A DNA stretch of 63,367 bases, counting the filler, from Saprolegnia diclina VS20 (taxonomy: Eukaryota): NCBI RefSeq assembly GCF_000281045.1. It is 8 parts of 2 records of this genome, joined end to end, with 100 filler letters (N's around TTAATTAATTAA, not from the genome) between each part and the next. Parts side by side here need not be neighbours in the genome. Positions count along the whole stretch, not along the records: positions 61,513 to 63,367 come from NW_008246084.1; 7 more parts are not named here. One strand, 5' to 3'. Made by a program: the position numbers and the translations under genes. Of this stretch, positions 63,034 to 63,367 are shown one piece after another. How positions within the stretch are numbered: position 1 is the stretch's first letter; every line of letters begins with the position of its first letter. The notes under the pieces were generated by a model that made no database searches, had not been told where the DNA came from, and was given only the letters and a program-made list of their open reading frames with translations.

Positions 63034-63367
63034 CCGTCCAAATAGCCACCGTCCAACCCCCAACACGGTAGCAAGAATTTGCAGCTACACAGCGCAGGTC
63101 ATGAGACCCAACGTTCATAGAAAAAATCGTCTAAAATAGAAAACTAAACTCAACCCAAGTACGGCTTTATTCTGCGAACCTTCCTACAGCGTGAACGTCA
63201 ACTACCCCAAATCGTTGATCACTACGATGTTGATGGCGTCTCGCTCGAGCACCAATTGAATCTGAATCTCAAGTCTGTCGTTCGATCTCGTATCCAAACG
63301 AGGTGAACCGTCTACGCAATCTCGAACAACATGACTACTGTTCTCTATCTTTCAACTATTCATCGAT

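Noticed and set aside
1..63367. CRISPR arrays, prokaryotic defence operons, Fanzor/TnpB, rRNA, tRNA, snRNA
   Set aside because: No repeat-spacer array, RuvC/zinc-finger motif set or recognisable structural-RNA signature was seen by eye; the DNA is intron-rich and eukaryotic. A covariance-model scan is needed to exclude small RNAs.

Overview
Eukaryotic, GC-rich, gene-dense DNA with many short (about 40-50 nt) GT-AG introns. The gene families (CBM1/ricin/PAN lectin, TSP1 adhesin, Saprolegnia-type ankyrin and transmembrane proteins) point to an oomycete, most likely Saprolegniales (inference). It is a draft assembly with 12 N-gaps, 7 of which carry an artificial TTAATTAATTAA linker. Positions 1-39 kb are mostly intact genes: WW-PDZ protein, a giant multi-exon protein, mitochondrial glutamate-type carrier, CBEL-like lectin, KIX-like protein, multi-KH RNA-binding protein, FolC, EF-hand protein, MIOS and an MSS51-C-like protein. 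Positions 39-48 kb are disrupted: duplications, a 458-bp foldback, broken TSP1 adhesin pieces, a Tc1-like transposase remnant and a PD-(D/E)xK nuclease. Positions 48-63 kb hold a nucleoside hydrolase, an acyl-CoA oxidase cluster and a divergent aldo-keto reductase pair. Best leads: an apparent Bfr1/PPI-like + vigilin-like KH fusion, an intron-split AP2-like motif in the giant protein, and the nested hairpin/foldback locus. Exon boundaries were read by eye and all family calls are by motif recognition, not database search. No rRNA, tRNA or CRISPR was recognised.
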